Source: a virus (taxonomy: Duplodnaviria; Caudoviricetes). From it: a stretch of DNA of 36,672 nt. A program made the translations under genes and the position numbers. Shown piece by piece: positions 17,707 through 27,317 of the stretch (positions within the stretch are counted from its first letter, which is position 1; each line of letters begins with the position of its first letter). The notes beneath the pieces were generated by a model. It had not been told where the DNA came from. It saw only the letters and a list, made by a program, of their open reading frames with translations, and ran no database searches. The stretch lies in the IMG/VR virus record IMGVR_UViG_3300027323_000055, positions 1 to 36,672 of that record; one strand, written 5' to 3'.

Positions 17707-17800
17707 CCTGTGGGAGCGGGCTTGCCCGCGAAGAGGCCAGCCTATTCAAAAGAGACGCCGGTTGATCCACCGCCATCGCTGGCAAGCCAGCTCCCACAGG
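17707..17800. repeat. REPIN 2 (mismatched REP halves) at the junction of the two tail modules
   Basis: Left CTGTGGGAGCGGGCTTGCCCGCGA; right ATCGCTGGCAAGCCAGCTCCCACAG. Confidence 0.88.
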
Positions 17801-17849
17801 TTTTGCAGTGTTCTGCAGACCGCTTTTCATTCAACTCTGGAACACCCCA

Positions 17850-18434
17850 ATGAAGATCACCCCGATCCTCACGCAACTGCGTGCGCAATGCCCTGGCTTT
17901 GCCAATCACATTTCGGTGGGTGTCGATCTGGCTTTGCTGCAAGGCAATGCCGATCTGCCAACACCCTCGGCCCACGTGCTGCCGCTGGCCGATCTGGCCA
18001 GCAACAGCACCGCACAAAACCTCACCACCCAACCGATCCGCGACCGCTTCGAAATCGTCCTCGCGCTTGACGCAACCGACGCTACAAAAGCGCTGGATCT
18101 GTTGCACGACCTGCGCGCCGAACTGTGGCGCGCACTGGTGGGATTCAAGCCCGGCAACGACTACAGCGCCATCGTCTACGACGGCGGCGAAACGGTCTCG
18201 ATCAACAGCAGCCGCGCCTTTTACCGGCTGCGCTTTTTTGCCGAGTTCCAGCTCGGCCGCAATCTGCCCAGTCAGCCTGCGGAGAGTTGGCACGAACGTG
18301 AACTGGACGGTTTGTCGTCCTTTACCGGGGTCACCTTGCGGGTCGATGCGATCGACCCGGCCGACCCCAATCTGAAACACCCGGGCCCTGACGGGCGCGT
18401 GGAACTGACTTTCTCTGGAGACGTAACCCCATGA
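17850..18434 (+). CDS. Tail terminator-type protein (tailocin 2, Mu/SfV-like)
   Basis: First gene of the second module, LHDLRAELWRALVGFKP..IVYDGG motif, precedes a small ORF and the sheath. Confidence 0.65.
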   Translation: MKITPILTQLRAQCPGFANHISVGVDLALLQGNADLPTPSAHVLPLADLASNSTAQNLTTQPIRDRFEIVLALDATDATKALDLLHDLRAELWRALVGFKPGNDYSAIVYDGGETVSINSSRAFYRLRFFAEFQLGRNLPSQPAESWHERELDGLSSFTGVTLRVDAIDPADPNLKHPGPDGRVELTFSGDVTP

Positions 18435-18613
18435 GCAATCGCATTACCGTACTGCCGGCCGCTGGCCGTGCCGTGCCTGACCCGGAAGCGGGCGATCTGC
18501 TGCCCAAGGAAGGCCGTGAAGTGCTGGACAGCGCCTGGTGGCGCCGGCGTCTGGCCGACGGCGATATCACACTCAAAACCGCAAAAGCGGCTAAACCACA
18601 GGGAGCCAAATGA
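18431..18613 (+). CDS. Small DUF2635-like protein (Mu-like tail region)
   Basis: PAAGRAVPDP..LP.EGREV....WWRRRLADGDI motif immediately before the sheath. Confidence 0.8.
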   Translation: MSNRITVLPAAGRAVPDPEAGDLLPKEGREVLDSAWWRRRLADGDITLKTAKAAKPQGAK

Positions 18614-20109
18614 TGGCGATCGGATTCAGCAACATCCCCGCGGACATTCGTGTACCGCTGTTCTATGCCGAAATGGACAACTCGGCCGCCAATAGCGCGA
18701 GCTCGAGCCTGCGTCGCTTGATCGTCGCTCAGGTCAACGACAACATCGCCCCGACTGAAGTCGGCAAACTGGTGCTGGTCTCCAGCGTTGCACTGGCAAA
18801 AAGCATCGGCGGTCAGGGCTCGATGCTCGCCTCGATGTACGAGACCTTCCGCAAGGCCGACCCGATCGGCGAGATCTGGTGCCTGCCGCTGCACAACGCT
18901 GAAGGCGCCATCGCCAAAGGCGTGCTGACCCTGACCGGCACCGCGACTCAGGCTGGCGTGCTCAACCTGTACGTCGCTGGTGTGCGTGTGCAAGCCACCG
19001 TGGTCAACGGTGCCACCGCTGCTCAGGCAGCCACCGCACTGGCGCAGAAAATCAACGCCACCGCCGATCTGCCAGTCAGCGCTGCGGCTGCTGAAGGCGT
19101 GGTCACTCTGACCGCCAAATGGACCGGCGACAGCGGTAACGACATCAGCCTGCAGTTCAATCGTCTGGGCAAGAGCAACGGCGAAGAAACCCCGGCCGGC
19201 CTGACCACTGCGATCACCGCCATGACCGGTGGCGCCGGTGTACCGGACCAGGTCGCAGCCGTGGCCGCACTGGGCGACGAGCCGTTCGAGTTCATCGCTC
19301 TGCCGTGGTCGGATCTGTCGACCCTCAACACCTGGCAAGCGGTGATGGATGACAGCACCGGTCGCTGGTCCTGGGCCAAGCAACTGTTCGGTCACGTTTA
19401 CAGCGCCAAGCGCGGCACCGTCGGCACCCTGGTTGCTGCTGGCCAGGCACGCAACGACCAGCACATGACCATTCAGGCGCTGGAGCCGGGCGTACCGCAA
19501 CCGTTCTGGGTACAAGCTGCCGCACTGGCTGCGCGCACCGCGGTGTTCATCTCCGCCGATGCCAGCCGTCCGACCCAAAGCGGCAGCCTGCCGGGTGTTG
19601 ATCCAGCGCCTGCCAGCGAGCGTTTCACCCTGACCGAGCGTCAGTCGCTGCTCAACTACGGCATCGCGACTGCGTACTACGAAGGCGGTTACGTGCGCAT
19701 CCAGCGTTCGATTACCACCTACCAGAAAAACGCTTACGGCCAGGCCGACAACTCCTACCTGGACAGCGAAACCATGCACCAGTCGGCGTTCATCGTGCGT
19801 CGTCTGCAAAGCGTGATCACCAGCAAATACGGCCGGCACAAACTGGCTTCCGACGGCACCCGTTTCGGCGCTGGCCAGCCGATCGTGACGCCAGCGACCA
19901 TTCGCGGCGAGCTGATCGCGCAGTACGCCAAGCTGGAACTGGAAGGCCACGTGGAGAACGCCGAGCTGTTCGCCGAGCACCTGATCGTCGAGCGTGACGT
20001 GCAGGACCCGAGCCGCGTGAACGTGCTGTTCCCGCCGGATTACATCAACGGTCTGCGCGTGTTCGCACTGCTCAACCAATTCCGTCTGCAATACGACGAC
20101 GCGGCCTGA
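18613..20109 (+). CDS. Contractile tail sheath, Mu gpL-like
   Basis: About 498 aa, FSNIPADIRVPLFYAEMDNS, GQGSMLASM, ITTYQKNAYG.ADNSYLD motifs. Unrelated to sheath 1. Confidence 0.93.
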   Translation: MAIGFSNIPADIRVPLFYAEMDNSAANSASSSLRRLIVAQVNDNIAPTEVGKLVLVSSVALAKSIGGQGSMLASMYETFRKADPIGEIWCLPLHNAEGAIAKGVLTLTGTATQAGVLNLYVAGVRVQATVVNGATAAQAATALAQKINATADLPVSAAAAEGVVTLTAKWTGDSGNDISLQFNRLGKSNGEETPAGLTTAITAMTGGAGVPDQVAAVAALGDEPFEFIALPWSDLSTLNTWQAVMDDSTGRWSWAKQLFGHVYSAKRGTVGTLVAAGQARNDQHMTIQALEPGVPQPFWVQAAALAARTAVFISADASRPTQSGSLPGVDPAPASERFTLTERQSLLNYGIATAYYEGGYVRIQRSITTYQKNAYGQADNSYLDSETMHQSAFIVRRLQSVITSKYGRHKLASDGTRFGAGQPIVTPATIRGELIAQYAKLELEGHVENAELFAEHLIVERDVQDPSRVNVLFPPDYINGLRVFALLNQFRLQYDDAA

Positions 20110-20134
20110 TCGCCGCGCTTGGCCGTAAGCATTC

Positions 20135-20160
20135 AGCCCACCTCGGTGGGCTTTTTTATT
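20135..20160 (+). terminator. Intrinsic-terminator-like hairpin between sheath 2 and tube 2
   Basis: AGCCCAC-CTCG-GTGGGCT followed by TTTTTATT. Confidence 0.75.
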
Positions 20161-20176
20161 TGAAGGGAGTAACACC

Positions 20177-20524
20177 ATGGGTCAAGTGATTGCAGGCACC
20201 TGCTACGTCAAAGTCGACGGTGCACAACTGACTATCAACGGCGGCTGCGAAGCCCCGCTGATGGCCGTCAAACGCGAAACCGTCGTACCGGGTTTCTACA
20301 AGGAAACCGACGTCGCGCCGTCGTTCAAAGTGACTGCGCTGCACACCGCCGACTTCCCGCTGAAGAAGCTGATCGAAGGCACCGACATCACCGTCACCTG
20401 CGAATTCAGCAACGGCAAGGTCTACGTGCTGGCCGGTGCCTACCTGGTCGAAGAGCCGGTTTCCAAAGGCGATGACGCCACCATCGAACTGAAATTCGAA
20501 GGCATCAAGGGGACTTGGCAATGA
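20177..20524 (+). CDS. Tail tube, Mu gpM-like
   Basis: 115 aa, IAGTCYVKVDG, NGKVYVLAGA, ELKFEG motifs. Confidence 0.9.
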   Translation: MGQVIAGTCYVKVDGAQLTINGGCEAPLMAVKRETVVPGFYKETDVAPSFKVTALHTADFPLKKLIEGTDITVTCEFSNGKVYVLAGAYLVEEPVSKGDDATIELKFEGIKGTWQ

Positions 20525-20817
20525 GCGGCGCCGTGAAGCTTCAGGTTGCGATCGAAGCTCACGGCGAGCCCCTGACCGAACTCGTCCTGCGCCGTCCGAC
20601 GGTGCAGGAAGTGCGAGCGATCAAGGCGCTGCCGTACAAGATCGACAAGAGCGAAGAAGTCAGCCTCGACATGGACGTGGCGGCCAAATACATCGCCGTG
20701 TGCGCCGGCATCCCGCCGTCGTCGGTCAACCAGCTCGATCTGGCTGACCTCAATGCGCTGAGCTGGGCCGTTGCGAGTTTTTTCATGAGTGCGGCGTCGG
20801 AGCCATCACCGACCTGA
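20521..20817 (+). CDS. Tail assembly chaperone (tailocin 2)
   Basis: ELVLRRPT, AGIPPSSVNQLDLADL motifs. Lies between tube and tape measure. Confidence 0.88.
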   Translation: MSGAVKLQVAIEAHGEPLTELVLRRPTVQEVRAIKALPYKIDKSEEVSLDMDVAAKYIAVCAGIPPSSVNQLDLADLNALSWAVASFFMSAASEPSPT

Positions 20818-20948
20818 TCGCAGTCGCCTATGACCTGGCCTGGTTCTGGAAGGTTGACCCCGAACAGATGATGGCCAGGCCACTGGATGTGCTCCGCGAG
20901 TCGCTGGAGCACGCGCAACGGATCAATGCGATGCAGCAGGTGCAGTGA
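20778..20948 (+). CDS. -1 frameshift extension of chaperone 2
   Basis: Slippery T_TTT_TTC at 20778-20784. The -1 frame reads HECGVGAITDLIAVAYDLAWFWKVDPEQMMARPLDVLRESLEHAQRINAMQQVQ* and its TGA overlaps the tape measure ATG (TGATG). Confidence 0.82.
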   Translation, partial: FFHECGVGAITDLIAVAYDLAWFWKVDPEQMMARPLDVLRESLEHAQRINAMQQVQ

Positions 20949-22945
20949 TGGCGAATACTAATTTGAGCCTGATCCCGCAGAACTTTCCCGTCACGGTCAA
21001 CATGCTTGTGGTGCTCAAGGGCGCCGAGAAGATGGAGGCCGAGATGAAGGGGCTGCGCGGCAAGGTCGCAGCATTCAAGAAAAGCATGGAAGACAGCGGC
21101 CTTGAGCCGCTGGACGTGGCCGGTTTCATTGCCGAAGGTGGTTTGCTCAAGCCGTTTCAGGACGGCATCAAAAAAGCCATCGAAGCGCAGGATGCGCTGG
21201 CGAAGAAAGCCAGGGCACTCAAGGTCCTTAAAGTGCCGAAGGTGGTGCAGGGCGAAACCTCGGCCAACCTGGAAAAATTCAACAAGGCGCTGGATAACAT
21301 CTCGCTGAAAATCGGTCAGGCGTTGTTGCCGGCGGTTAACGGCATCGTCACTGCATTGACGCCGGTAATGACTTCGATTGGCCAGTTTGTCGCCAACAAT
21401 CCGTATCTGGTCGAAGGGCTGGCGGCCGCTGCCGTAGCGTTTACGGTGGTCACGGTCGGGGCGATGGGGCTGGTCGCGGTGCTGGGGATTTTGACCTCAC
21501 CCATCGGGCTGATTGCGGCGGCTATCGCCGCAGCGGTGGCCATCATCGTGATCGGCGCGCGGTTGATTACCAATAACTGGGCGTCGATTTCCGGATTCTT
21601 CGGCGGGATGTGGGACTACGTCTCGACGAAATTCAAGGCTGGAGTCGCGGCGACCACACAGGCAATCGAGTCGATGAGCGCATCGATCAGCAAAACATGG
21701 GGAGAGATCAGCGCGGACTTCTTTGCCGGCGTCGACAGCGTCGTCAATATTTACAACGGCTTGGTATCGAAAGCGCAGGCAGGCACTGACAAGCTCGCGG
21801 CGGCTTTCGACTTCTCGCCGCGTGAGCTGTGGAACAAGGCGTTGGCGAAAGCCAGCAGCGTTGTCAGTGATTTTTTCGCCAGCACGATGGCGGATGCACA
21901 AGCAGGGATCGACAAGCTCAGTACGAAGTTCGCTTTCTCACCGCGTGAGGTGTGGAACAAGGCATTGGCGAAAGCCAGCAGTGTTGTGAGTGAATTCTTC
22001 GTCAGCACCATGGCGGATGCGCAAGCGGGTATCGACACGCTCAGGGCGAAATTCGGTTTCTCGCCGAGTGAAGTGATGAGCAAGGCTTTTGCAACTGCGA
22101 GCAATGTCGTCAGTGATTTCTTCGCTGGCGCACAGGCCAAAGCTGCTGCCGGTGTGGACGCGCTCAAGGCGAAGTTCAGTTGGTCGCCGGTGCAGACGAT
22201 TACCGGCGCCTGGGGTTCGCTGAACAATGTGTTTGGCAATCTTGTTGGCGGTGTTGCAGGTAACGCCACCGCGCAGTGGGAGCAGGTCAAATCGATTTTC
22301 ACGCAATCGCCGGTGGCGACGATTGGATCGGCTTGGCAACCCGTGGTTGGCGTTTTTTCGGCGCTTTGGGATGTCCTGCGGGCATCGATGGGCACGTTGC
22401 AGGAAAACCTGCGCAGCGTGTTCGACGTCTTGCCGGTGGAGTCGGCAACGGCGGCCTGGAGCGGCGTGAGCGGGTATTTCTCCGGTTTGTGGGCGTCGTT
22501 GACCACGGATGCACAGGTGCTGAAGAGCGTCTTTGGCGATCTGTTCAGCCAGTCGCCGCTGGAGTCGATCCAGCAGAAATGGCAACCAGTGCTGACCTGG
22601 TTCGGTGAGATGTGGACCAAGCTGCAAGGCATCTTCGGGCAGGTCAAAGAACTGCTCGGTGGCAACTTCACCGCTATCTTCGCCACCCTCACCGGCACCA
22701 GCACGGCGGCACCTGCCGGCGGCGCGGCACTGAACAGCACGTTGCCGCAATCCTCCAGCGCCCTGATCCAGCAAAGTGCTGCCAACAACCGCACGCAACT
22801 CGAAGGCGGCCTGACCGTGCGCTTCGAAAACGCACCGGCGGGCCTGCGTACCGATCAACCACAAACCAATCAACCGGGCCTGGCGTTGTCGTCGCGCATC
22901 GGCTATCGCTCGTTGTCGGCAGGAGGTTCCAATGAACTGGCGTGA
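20948..22945 (+). CDS. Tape measure protein (tailocin 2)
   Basis: About 665 aa, hydrophobic segment followed by Trp/Phe-periodic repeats. Confidence 0.9.
   Translation: MANTNLSLIPQNFPVTVNMLVVLKGAEKMEAEMKGLRGKVAAFKKSMEDSGLEPLDVAGFIAEGGLLKPFQDGIKKAIEAQDALAKKARALKVLKVPKVVQGETSANLEKFNKALDNISLKIGQALLPAVNGIVTALTPVMTSIGQFVANNPYLVEGLAAAAVAFTVVTVGAMGLVAVLGILTSPIGLIAAAIAAAVAIIVIGARLITNNWASISGFFGGMWDYVSTKFKAGVAATTQAIESMSASISKTWGEISADFFAGVDSVVNIYNGLVSKAQAGTDKLAAAFDFSPRELWNKALAKASSVVSDFFASTMADAQAGIDKLSTKFAFSPREVWNKALAKASSVVSEFFVSTMADAQAGIDTLRAKFGFSPSEVMSKAFATASNVVSDFFAGAQAKAAAGVDALKAKFSWSPVQTITGAWGSLNNVFGNLVGGVAGNATAQWEQVKSIFTQSPVATIGSAWQPVVGVFSALWDVLRASMGTLQENLRSVFDVLPVESATAAWSGVSGYFSGLWASLTTDAQVLKSVFGDLFSQSPLESIQQKWQPVLTWFGEMWTKLQGIFGQVKELLGGNFTAIFATLTGTSTAAPAGGAALNSTLPQSSSALIQQSAANNRTQLEGGLTVRFENAPAGLRTDQPQTNQPGLALSSRIGYRSLSAGGSNELA
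21812..22180 (+). repeat. 123-bp (41-aa) tandem repeat x3 in tape measure 2
   Basis: Units start at 21812, 21935 and 22058 (FSPRELWNKALAKASSVVSDFF.. / FSPREVWNKALAKASSVVSEFF.. / FSPSEVMSKAFATASNVVSDFF..). Confidence 0.9.
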
Positions 22946-24167
22946 CCGCTTGTTGCCGGCATCGTTTCGCGGTGTCGGGTTCTGGATCGATCAGGCGAAA
23001 ACCCCGGTCGGTCGTAAAGGTCAGTTGCACGAATACCCGCAACGCGACCTGCCGTATTTCGAGGATCTCGGCCAGCAGGCCAAGACCCACGACATTACGG
23101 CGTTCATCATCGGCGCCGATTGCCTGGAGCAGCGCGACAAGCTGCTCAAGGCCTTGGAGGCGGGCAGTGGTGAACTGGTGCATCCATGGCTTGGGCGTTT
23201 GCAAGTCAAGGTCGGCGAATGCGACATGACCCACACCCGCCAGGACGGAGGGCTGGTGACGTTCAGTCTGAAGTTCTATCCCGACCGGCCATTGCCGTTT
23301 CCGACTGCCACGGTCAGTACGCAAAAAGTCCTGTTGGCCAAAGCTGACACGCTGTTGGGTTCGGCGGTGGCGCGCTTCGAGCAGGCGATGACGCTGATCA
23401 AGGCGGCGCGCATCGGCGTCGCCAATTTGCGCAATAGCCTGACCGGGGTCTACGAGGTGATCAAGGAGCAGCTCAAACCGCTGATCGAGCAGTATCGGCA
23501 GATCACCGAACTGGTCAAAGCAGTCAAGGAGTTGCCCAAGGAAGTCGCGGCGGAGTTCAAAGGCTTGCTCGGCGATATCAAGGAACTGAAGGCATTCGCG
23601 AAGGAGGGCTACCGTGGCGTGATTGCCGACGTGTCCCAACAACTCGAAGCCATCCGCAAGGCCGATGCGCCGAAGATCACCACCGGCAAGGACACCAACG
23701 CGGCGGCACAAGCCATGGCCGATCTGGTGCAGGACACGGTGCTGGTCAAAGTCGCGCAATGGGTGGCATCGATGCCGGTGGCGACAAGCCCGGTGAAACT
23801 GTCATCGACACCGGCGGTAGGGCAGCAGGCGACGAGCCCGGTGACCCGCCAGGAAGTCCCGGTCAGTGACGACATGCAGGCATTGCGTGACGCCGTGGCG
23901 GTGGCAATCAACCCGATGCTGGACAAGGCCGACCCGGCGCACTACCAGGCCATCAGCGATGTGAAAGAGGCGCTGCTTGCGCACCTCAAGGCCGTCGCGT
24001 CGTCGGGTGTGCGGCAAGTCAGCAAGTCGTTCCAGGAAAGCTTTCCGGCACTGGTGGTGGCCTACAAGTACCTTGGCGATGCGACGCGGGTCACGGAAAT
24101 CACTCAACGCAACGGGATCACCCATCCCGGTTTCTCACCCAACGAAGTGAAAGTCTCCGGGGAGTAA
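22932..24167 (+). CDS. Mu gpN-like 'DNA circularization' / tail protein
   Basis: WRDRLLPASFRGV, HEYPQRD..EDLG, GELVHPWLG motifs, C-terminal LysM-like RNGITHPGF. Confidence 0.92.
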   Translation: MNWRDRLLPASFRGVGFWIDQAKTPVGRKGQLHEYPQRDLPYFEDLGQQAKTHDITAFIIGADCLEQRDKLLKALEAGSGELVHPWLGRLQVKVGECDMTHTRQDGGLVTFSLKFYPDRPLPFPTATVSTQKVLLAKADTLLGSAVARFEQAMTLIKAARIGVANLRNSLTGVYEVIKEQLKPLIEQYRQITELVKAVKELPKEVAAEFKGLLGDIKELKAFAKEGYRGVIADVSQQLEAIRKADAPKITTGKDTNAAAQAMADLVQDTVLVKVAQWVASMPVATSPVKLSSTPAVGQQATSPVTRQEVPVSDDMQALRDAVAVAINPMLDKADPAHYQAISDVKEALLAHLKAVASSGVRQVSKSFQESFPALVVAYKYLGDATRVTEITQRNGITHPGFSPNEVKVSGE

Positions 24168-24170
24168 ACC

Positions 24171-25220
24171 ATGAGCGAGATAGACAACCGCGTCACGCTG
24201 ACCGTCAACAATATGGAATACGGCGGCTGGAAAAGCGTGGAAATCACCGCCGATCTTGAGCGTCAGTTCCGCACCTTCAAACTCGACATCACCTGGCAGT
24301 GGCCGGGGCAGACGGTGGATCAGCGGATCAAACCGGGTGACCCGTGCGAAGTGAAAATCGGCCAGGACCTGGTGCTCACCGGCTACGTGTTCAAGGCCCC
24401 GATCAGCTACGACGGACGCCAGATCAGCCTGAGCATCGAGGGCAGCTCCAAGACTCAGGATCTGGTCGATTGCGCAGCCACCAACCGGCCGAACCAATGG
24501 CAGGAGCAACCGCTGCTGAGCATCGTCCAGGCTCTGGCGGCGGAATACTCGCTGTACGTGGTCAACGAAATTCCCGAGACCGCGCGGCTCGCCAAACACA
24601 CCATCGTGCCGGGCGAAACGGTGTTCCAGTCGATCGACCGTCTGCTCTCGCTGTTCCGGGTGTTTTCCACTGATGACGAGCAGGGCCGGCTGGTGCTGGC
24701 CAAGCCCGGTAGTGGTGGTCGGGCCAGTGACGCGCTGGAGTTGGGCAAGAACATTCTGTCGGCGAACGCGCCGATGGATCAGAGCCAGGTATTTTCTGAA
24801 TACCGAGTGATCGGTCAGCAGAAAGGCTCGGACAAGAAGAGCGGGGCGGCCGTCAGCGAGGTTCAATCCAGCGCGGCTGATCTGAGCTTCAAGCGCCGCC
24901 GCACCACGATCATCAACGAAGGCACCGCACTGACGTTCGAGTTGGCCCAGCAACGCGCCCAATGGGAAAGCGCCACCCGCATGGGCCGGGCGCAGACCAC
25001 CACCTATCAGGTGCAGGGCTGGCGTCAGTCCAATGGCGATCTGTGGCGCCACAACACGCTGGTGAAGGTCACGGATCCGGTGCTCGGGTTCGACAGCGAC
25101 ATGCTGATTTCCAAAGTCACGTATTCGCTGTCGTCTCAAGGCTCGGTGACCACGTTGCAAGTGGCGCCACCGCATACCTTCGATCCTGATCCAACGCCCC
25201 CGAAAAAAACGCCGGCCTGA
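24171..25220 (+). CDS. Baseplate hub, Mu gpP/gp44-like
   Basis: YGGWKSVEI, KTQDLVDCAA, PGETVF, VQGWRQSNGDLW motifs. Confidence 0.92.
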   Translation: MSEIDNRVTLTVNNMEYGGWKSVEITADLERQFRTFKLDITWQWPGQTVDQRIKPGDPCEVKIGQDLVLTGYVFKAPISYDGRQISLSIEGSSKTQDLVDCAATNRPNQWQEQPLLSIVQALAAEYSLYVVNEIPETARLAKHTIVPGETVFQSIDRLLSLFRVFSTDDEQGRLVLAKPGSGGRASDALELGKNILSANAPMDQSQVFSEYRVIGQQKGSDKKSGAAVSEVQSSAADLSFKRRRTTIINEGTALTFELAQQRAQWESATRMGRAQTTTYQVQGWRQSNGDLWRHNTLVKVTDPVLGFDSDMLISKVTYSLSSQGSVTTLQVAPPHTFDPDPTPPKKTPA

Positions 25221-25247
25221 CACCGAAACCGAAGGGCATCACCTGAT

Positions 25248-25341
25248 CCTGTGGGAGCGGGCTTGCCCGCGATAGCGCAGGTTACCGCAAACACTTCTTT
25301 GCCTGACACGCCGCCATCGCGGGCAAGCCCGCTCCCACAGG
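25248..25341. repeat. REPIN 3
   Basis: CCTGTGGGAGCGGGCTTGCCCGCGAT ... ATCGCGGGCAAGCCCGCTCCCACAGG, a perfect inverted pair. Confidence 0.92.
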
Positions 25342-25373
25342 TTTTGTGTTGGCAAAGTATCGAGGATCAATTC

Positions 25374-25883
25374 ATGAGCCTACTGACACGCCTGCTGGCG
25401 CGCGGCACTGTCGTGCTCGCCAACTCGGCTTCCAAGCTGCAATCGCTGCAAATGCGCCTCACCGCCGGTGAAGTGAACGACGACCTGGAGCATTTCGAAC
25501 CGTACGGTTTCACCAGCAACCCGCTGGCCGGCGCCGAAGGCATCGTCACTTTTCTCGGCGGCGACCGTTCCCACGCCATCGCCCTGGTGGTCGCCGATCG
25601 CCGTTATCGCCTGCAGTCGCTGGCCTCGGGCGAAGTGGCGATCTACACCGACGAAGGCGACAAAATTCACTTCAAGCGCGGGCGGATCATCGACATCGAA
25701 ACCGCCACCCTGAACATCCGTGCCAGCCGCGCGGTGAACGTCGACACGCCGGTGATCAACCAGACCGGCAAGATCGTTTCCACCGGCGATCAACTCGCCG
25801 GTGGCATCAGCCAGATCAAACACGTGCACGTCGGCGTGCAGGCCGGCAGCGGCCAGACCGGTGCGCCGGCAGGAGGCCAATGA
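25374..25883 (+). CDS. Baseplate spike, Mu gp45-like
   Basis: EHFEPYGFTSNP, GGDRSH, GEVAIY motifs, C-terminal HVH metal-binding apex. GAGGA RBS; the ORF-track start lies within the REPIN. Confidence 0.9.
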   Translation: MSLLTRLLARGTVVLANSASKLQSLQMRLTAGEVNDDLEHFEPYGFTSNPLAGAEGIVTFLGGDRSHAIALVVADRRYRLQSLASGEVAIYTDEGDKIHFKRGRIIDIETATLNIRASRAVNVDTPVINQTGKIVSTGDQLAGGISQIKHVHVGVQAGSGQTGAPAGGQ

Positions 25884-26281
25884 TGTTTATAAGCCAGAAC
25901 CTCCACGCCGCACTGACCCGCGCCGTGCTCATCAGCCTGTTCACCTGGCGCCGCGCCGCCGATGACGACGCCCTCGACGACGATGAGCGCTTCGGCTGGT
26001 GGGGCGACAGCTTTCCCAGCGTCGCCGACGACCGCATCGGTTCGCGACTGTGGCTTTTGCGTCGGGTCAAGCTGACCCGACAGACCCAGATGGACGCCGA
26101 GTTCTATGCCCGCGAAGCCCTGCAATGGCTGATCGACGACGGCCACTGCAGCGCCATCGACATCATCAGCGAACGCCTCGACGCCCAGCGCCTGAACCTG
26201 CGCACGGTCCTGACCCTGGCCGACGGCGAACGTCTGGACATCAACCCCGATAACAGTTGGCAGGTGATCTATGCCGTTTGA
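25883..26281 (+). CDS. Mu gp46-like baseplate protein
   Basis: AVLISLFTWRRA, GWWGD, IGSRLWLL, EALQWLIDDG motifs. Confidence 0.92.
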   Translation: MFISQNLHAALTRAVLISLFTWRRAADDDALDDDERFGWWGDSFPSVADDRIGSRLWLLRRVKLTRQTQMDAEFYAREALQWLIDDGHCSAIDIISERLDAQRLNLRTVLTLADGERLDINPDNSWQVIYAV

Positions 26282-27317
26282 AACCCCTTCGCTGCCGGTG
26301 CTGATCAAGCGCACCCAAAGCGACCTGGCCGGCGATTCGCTGCGCCAGTCCGATGCGCAAGTGCTGGCCCGCACCCTCGGTGGCGCGGCTTATGGTCTGT
26401 ACGGTTATCTCGACTGGATTGCCGAGCAGATCCTGCCGGACAAGGCCGACGAATCGACCCTGGAACGCATTGCCGCACTGCGTTTGAACCAGCCACGCAA
26501 ACCGGCGCAAGTCGCCACCGGCAGCGTCAGTTTTACCGCCACTGCCGGCGCGGTGCTCGACGTTGACACGCTGCTGCAAGCAAGCGATGGCCGTACCTAC
26601 AAAGTCACCGCCGCGCGCACTACCGTCAGTGGCGGCAACACCACCACGATTGCTGCACTCGACGCTGGCAGCCTGGGCAATGCCGACGCCGGTCTGGCGC
26701 TGAACCCGGTGCAGCCGATCGCCGGCGTGGTCGGCAACAGTTTTGTGGTGCTCGCACCCGGCCTCAGTGGTGGCGTGGCGCGAGAAAGCCTGGAGTCGTT
26801 GCGCTCGCGGGTGATCCGCTCTTATCGCGTGATCCCCCACGGCGGTTCGGCGAGCGATTACGAGACCTGGGCGCTGGAAGTGCCGGGTGTGACGCGGGCC
26901 TGGTGCCGTGGCGGCCTGCTCGGGCCAGGCACAGTGACGGTGTTCATCATGCGTGATGAAGACCCGCAACCGGTGCCCAACGATGAACAACTGGCGGAGG
27001 TTCAGGCGTACATCGAACCGCTGCGTCCGGTGACCGCGGAAGTGCATGTGCAGCGGCCGATTCAGGTACCGGTGGTGTACCGTTTCAAGAGCGTCAATCC
27101 GGACACCACCGCTGTGCGCGCCGCCGTGGAAGCGCAGCTGCGCGACTTGCACAACCGCGAGGCCGACCTCGGTGTGGCGCTGCTGATCAGCCATATCCGC
27201 GAAGCCATCAGCAGCGCCGGCGGTGAGTACGATCACACGCTGACCGAACCGGCCGCTGACGTGCCTGCCGGGCAAAGCGAGCTGCTCACCTTCGGAGGTT
27301 GCGTATGGGGGGCATAA
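26271..27317 (+). CDS. Mu gp47-like (baseplate J family) protein
   Basis: QILPDKAD, PHGGSASDYETWALEVPGVTRAW, GPGTV, RPVTA motifs. Confidence 0.92.
   Translation: MPFETPSLPVLIKRTQSDLAGDSLRQSDAQVLARTLGGAAYGLYGYLDWIAEQILPDKADESTLERIAALRLNQPRKPAQVATGSVSFTATAGAVLDVDTLLQASDGRTYKVTAARTTVSGGNTTTIAALDAGSLGNADAGLALNPVQPIAGVVGNSFVVLAPGLSGGVARESLESLRSRVIRSYRVIPHGGSASDYETWALEVPGVTRAWCRGGLLGPGTVTVFIMRDEDPQPVPNDEQLAEVQAYIEPLRPVTAEVHVQRPIQVPVVYRFKSVNPDTTAVRAAVEAQLRDLHNREADLGVALLISHIREAISSAGGEYDHTLTEPAADVPAGQSELLTFGGCVWGA

Noticed and set aside
12965-25341. CRISPR-like repeats
   Set aside because: The repeats are isolated inverted REP doublets kilobases apart, not regularly spaced direct repeats, and there are no cas genes.
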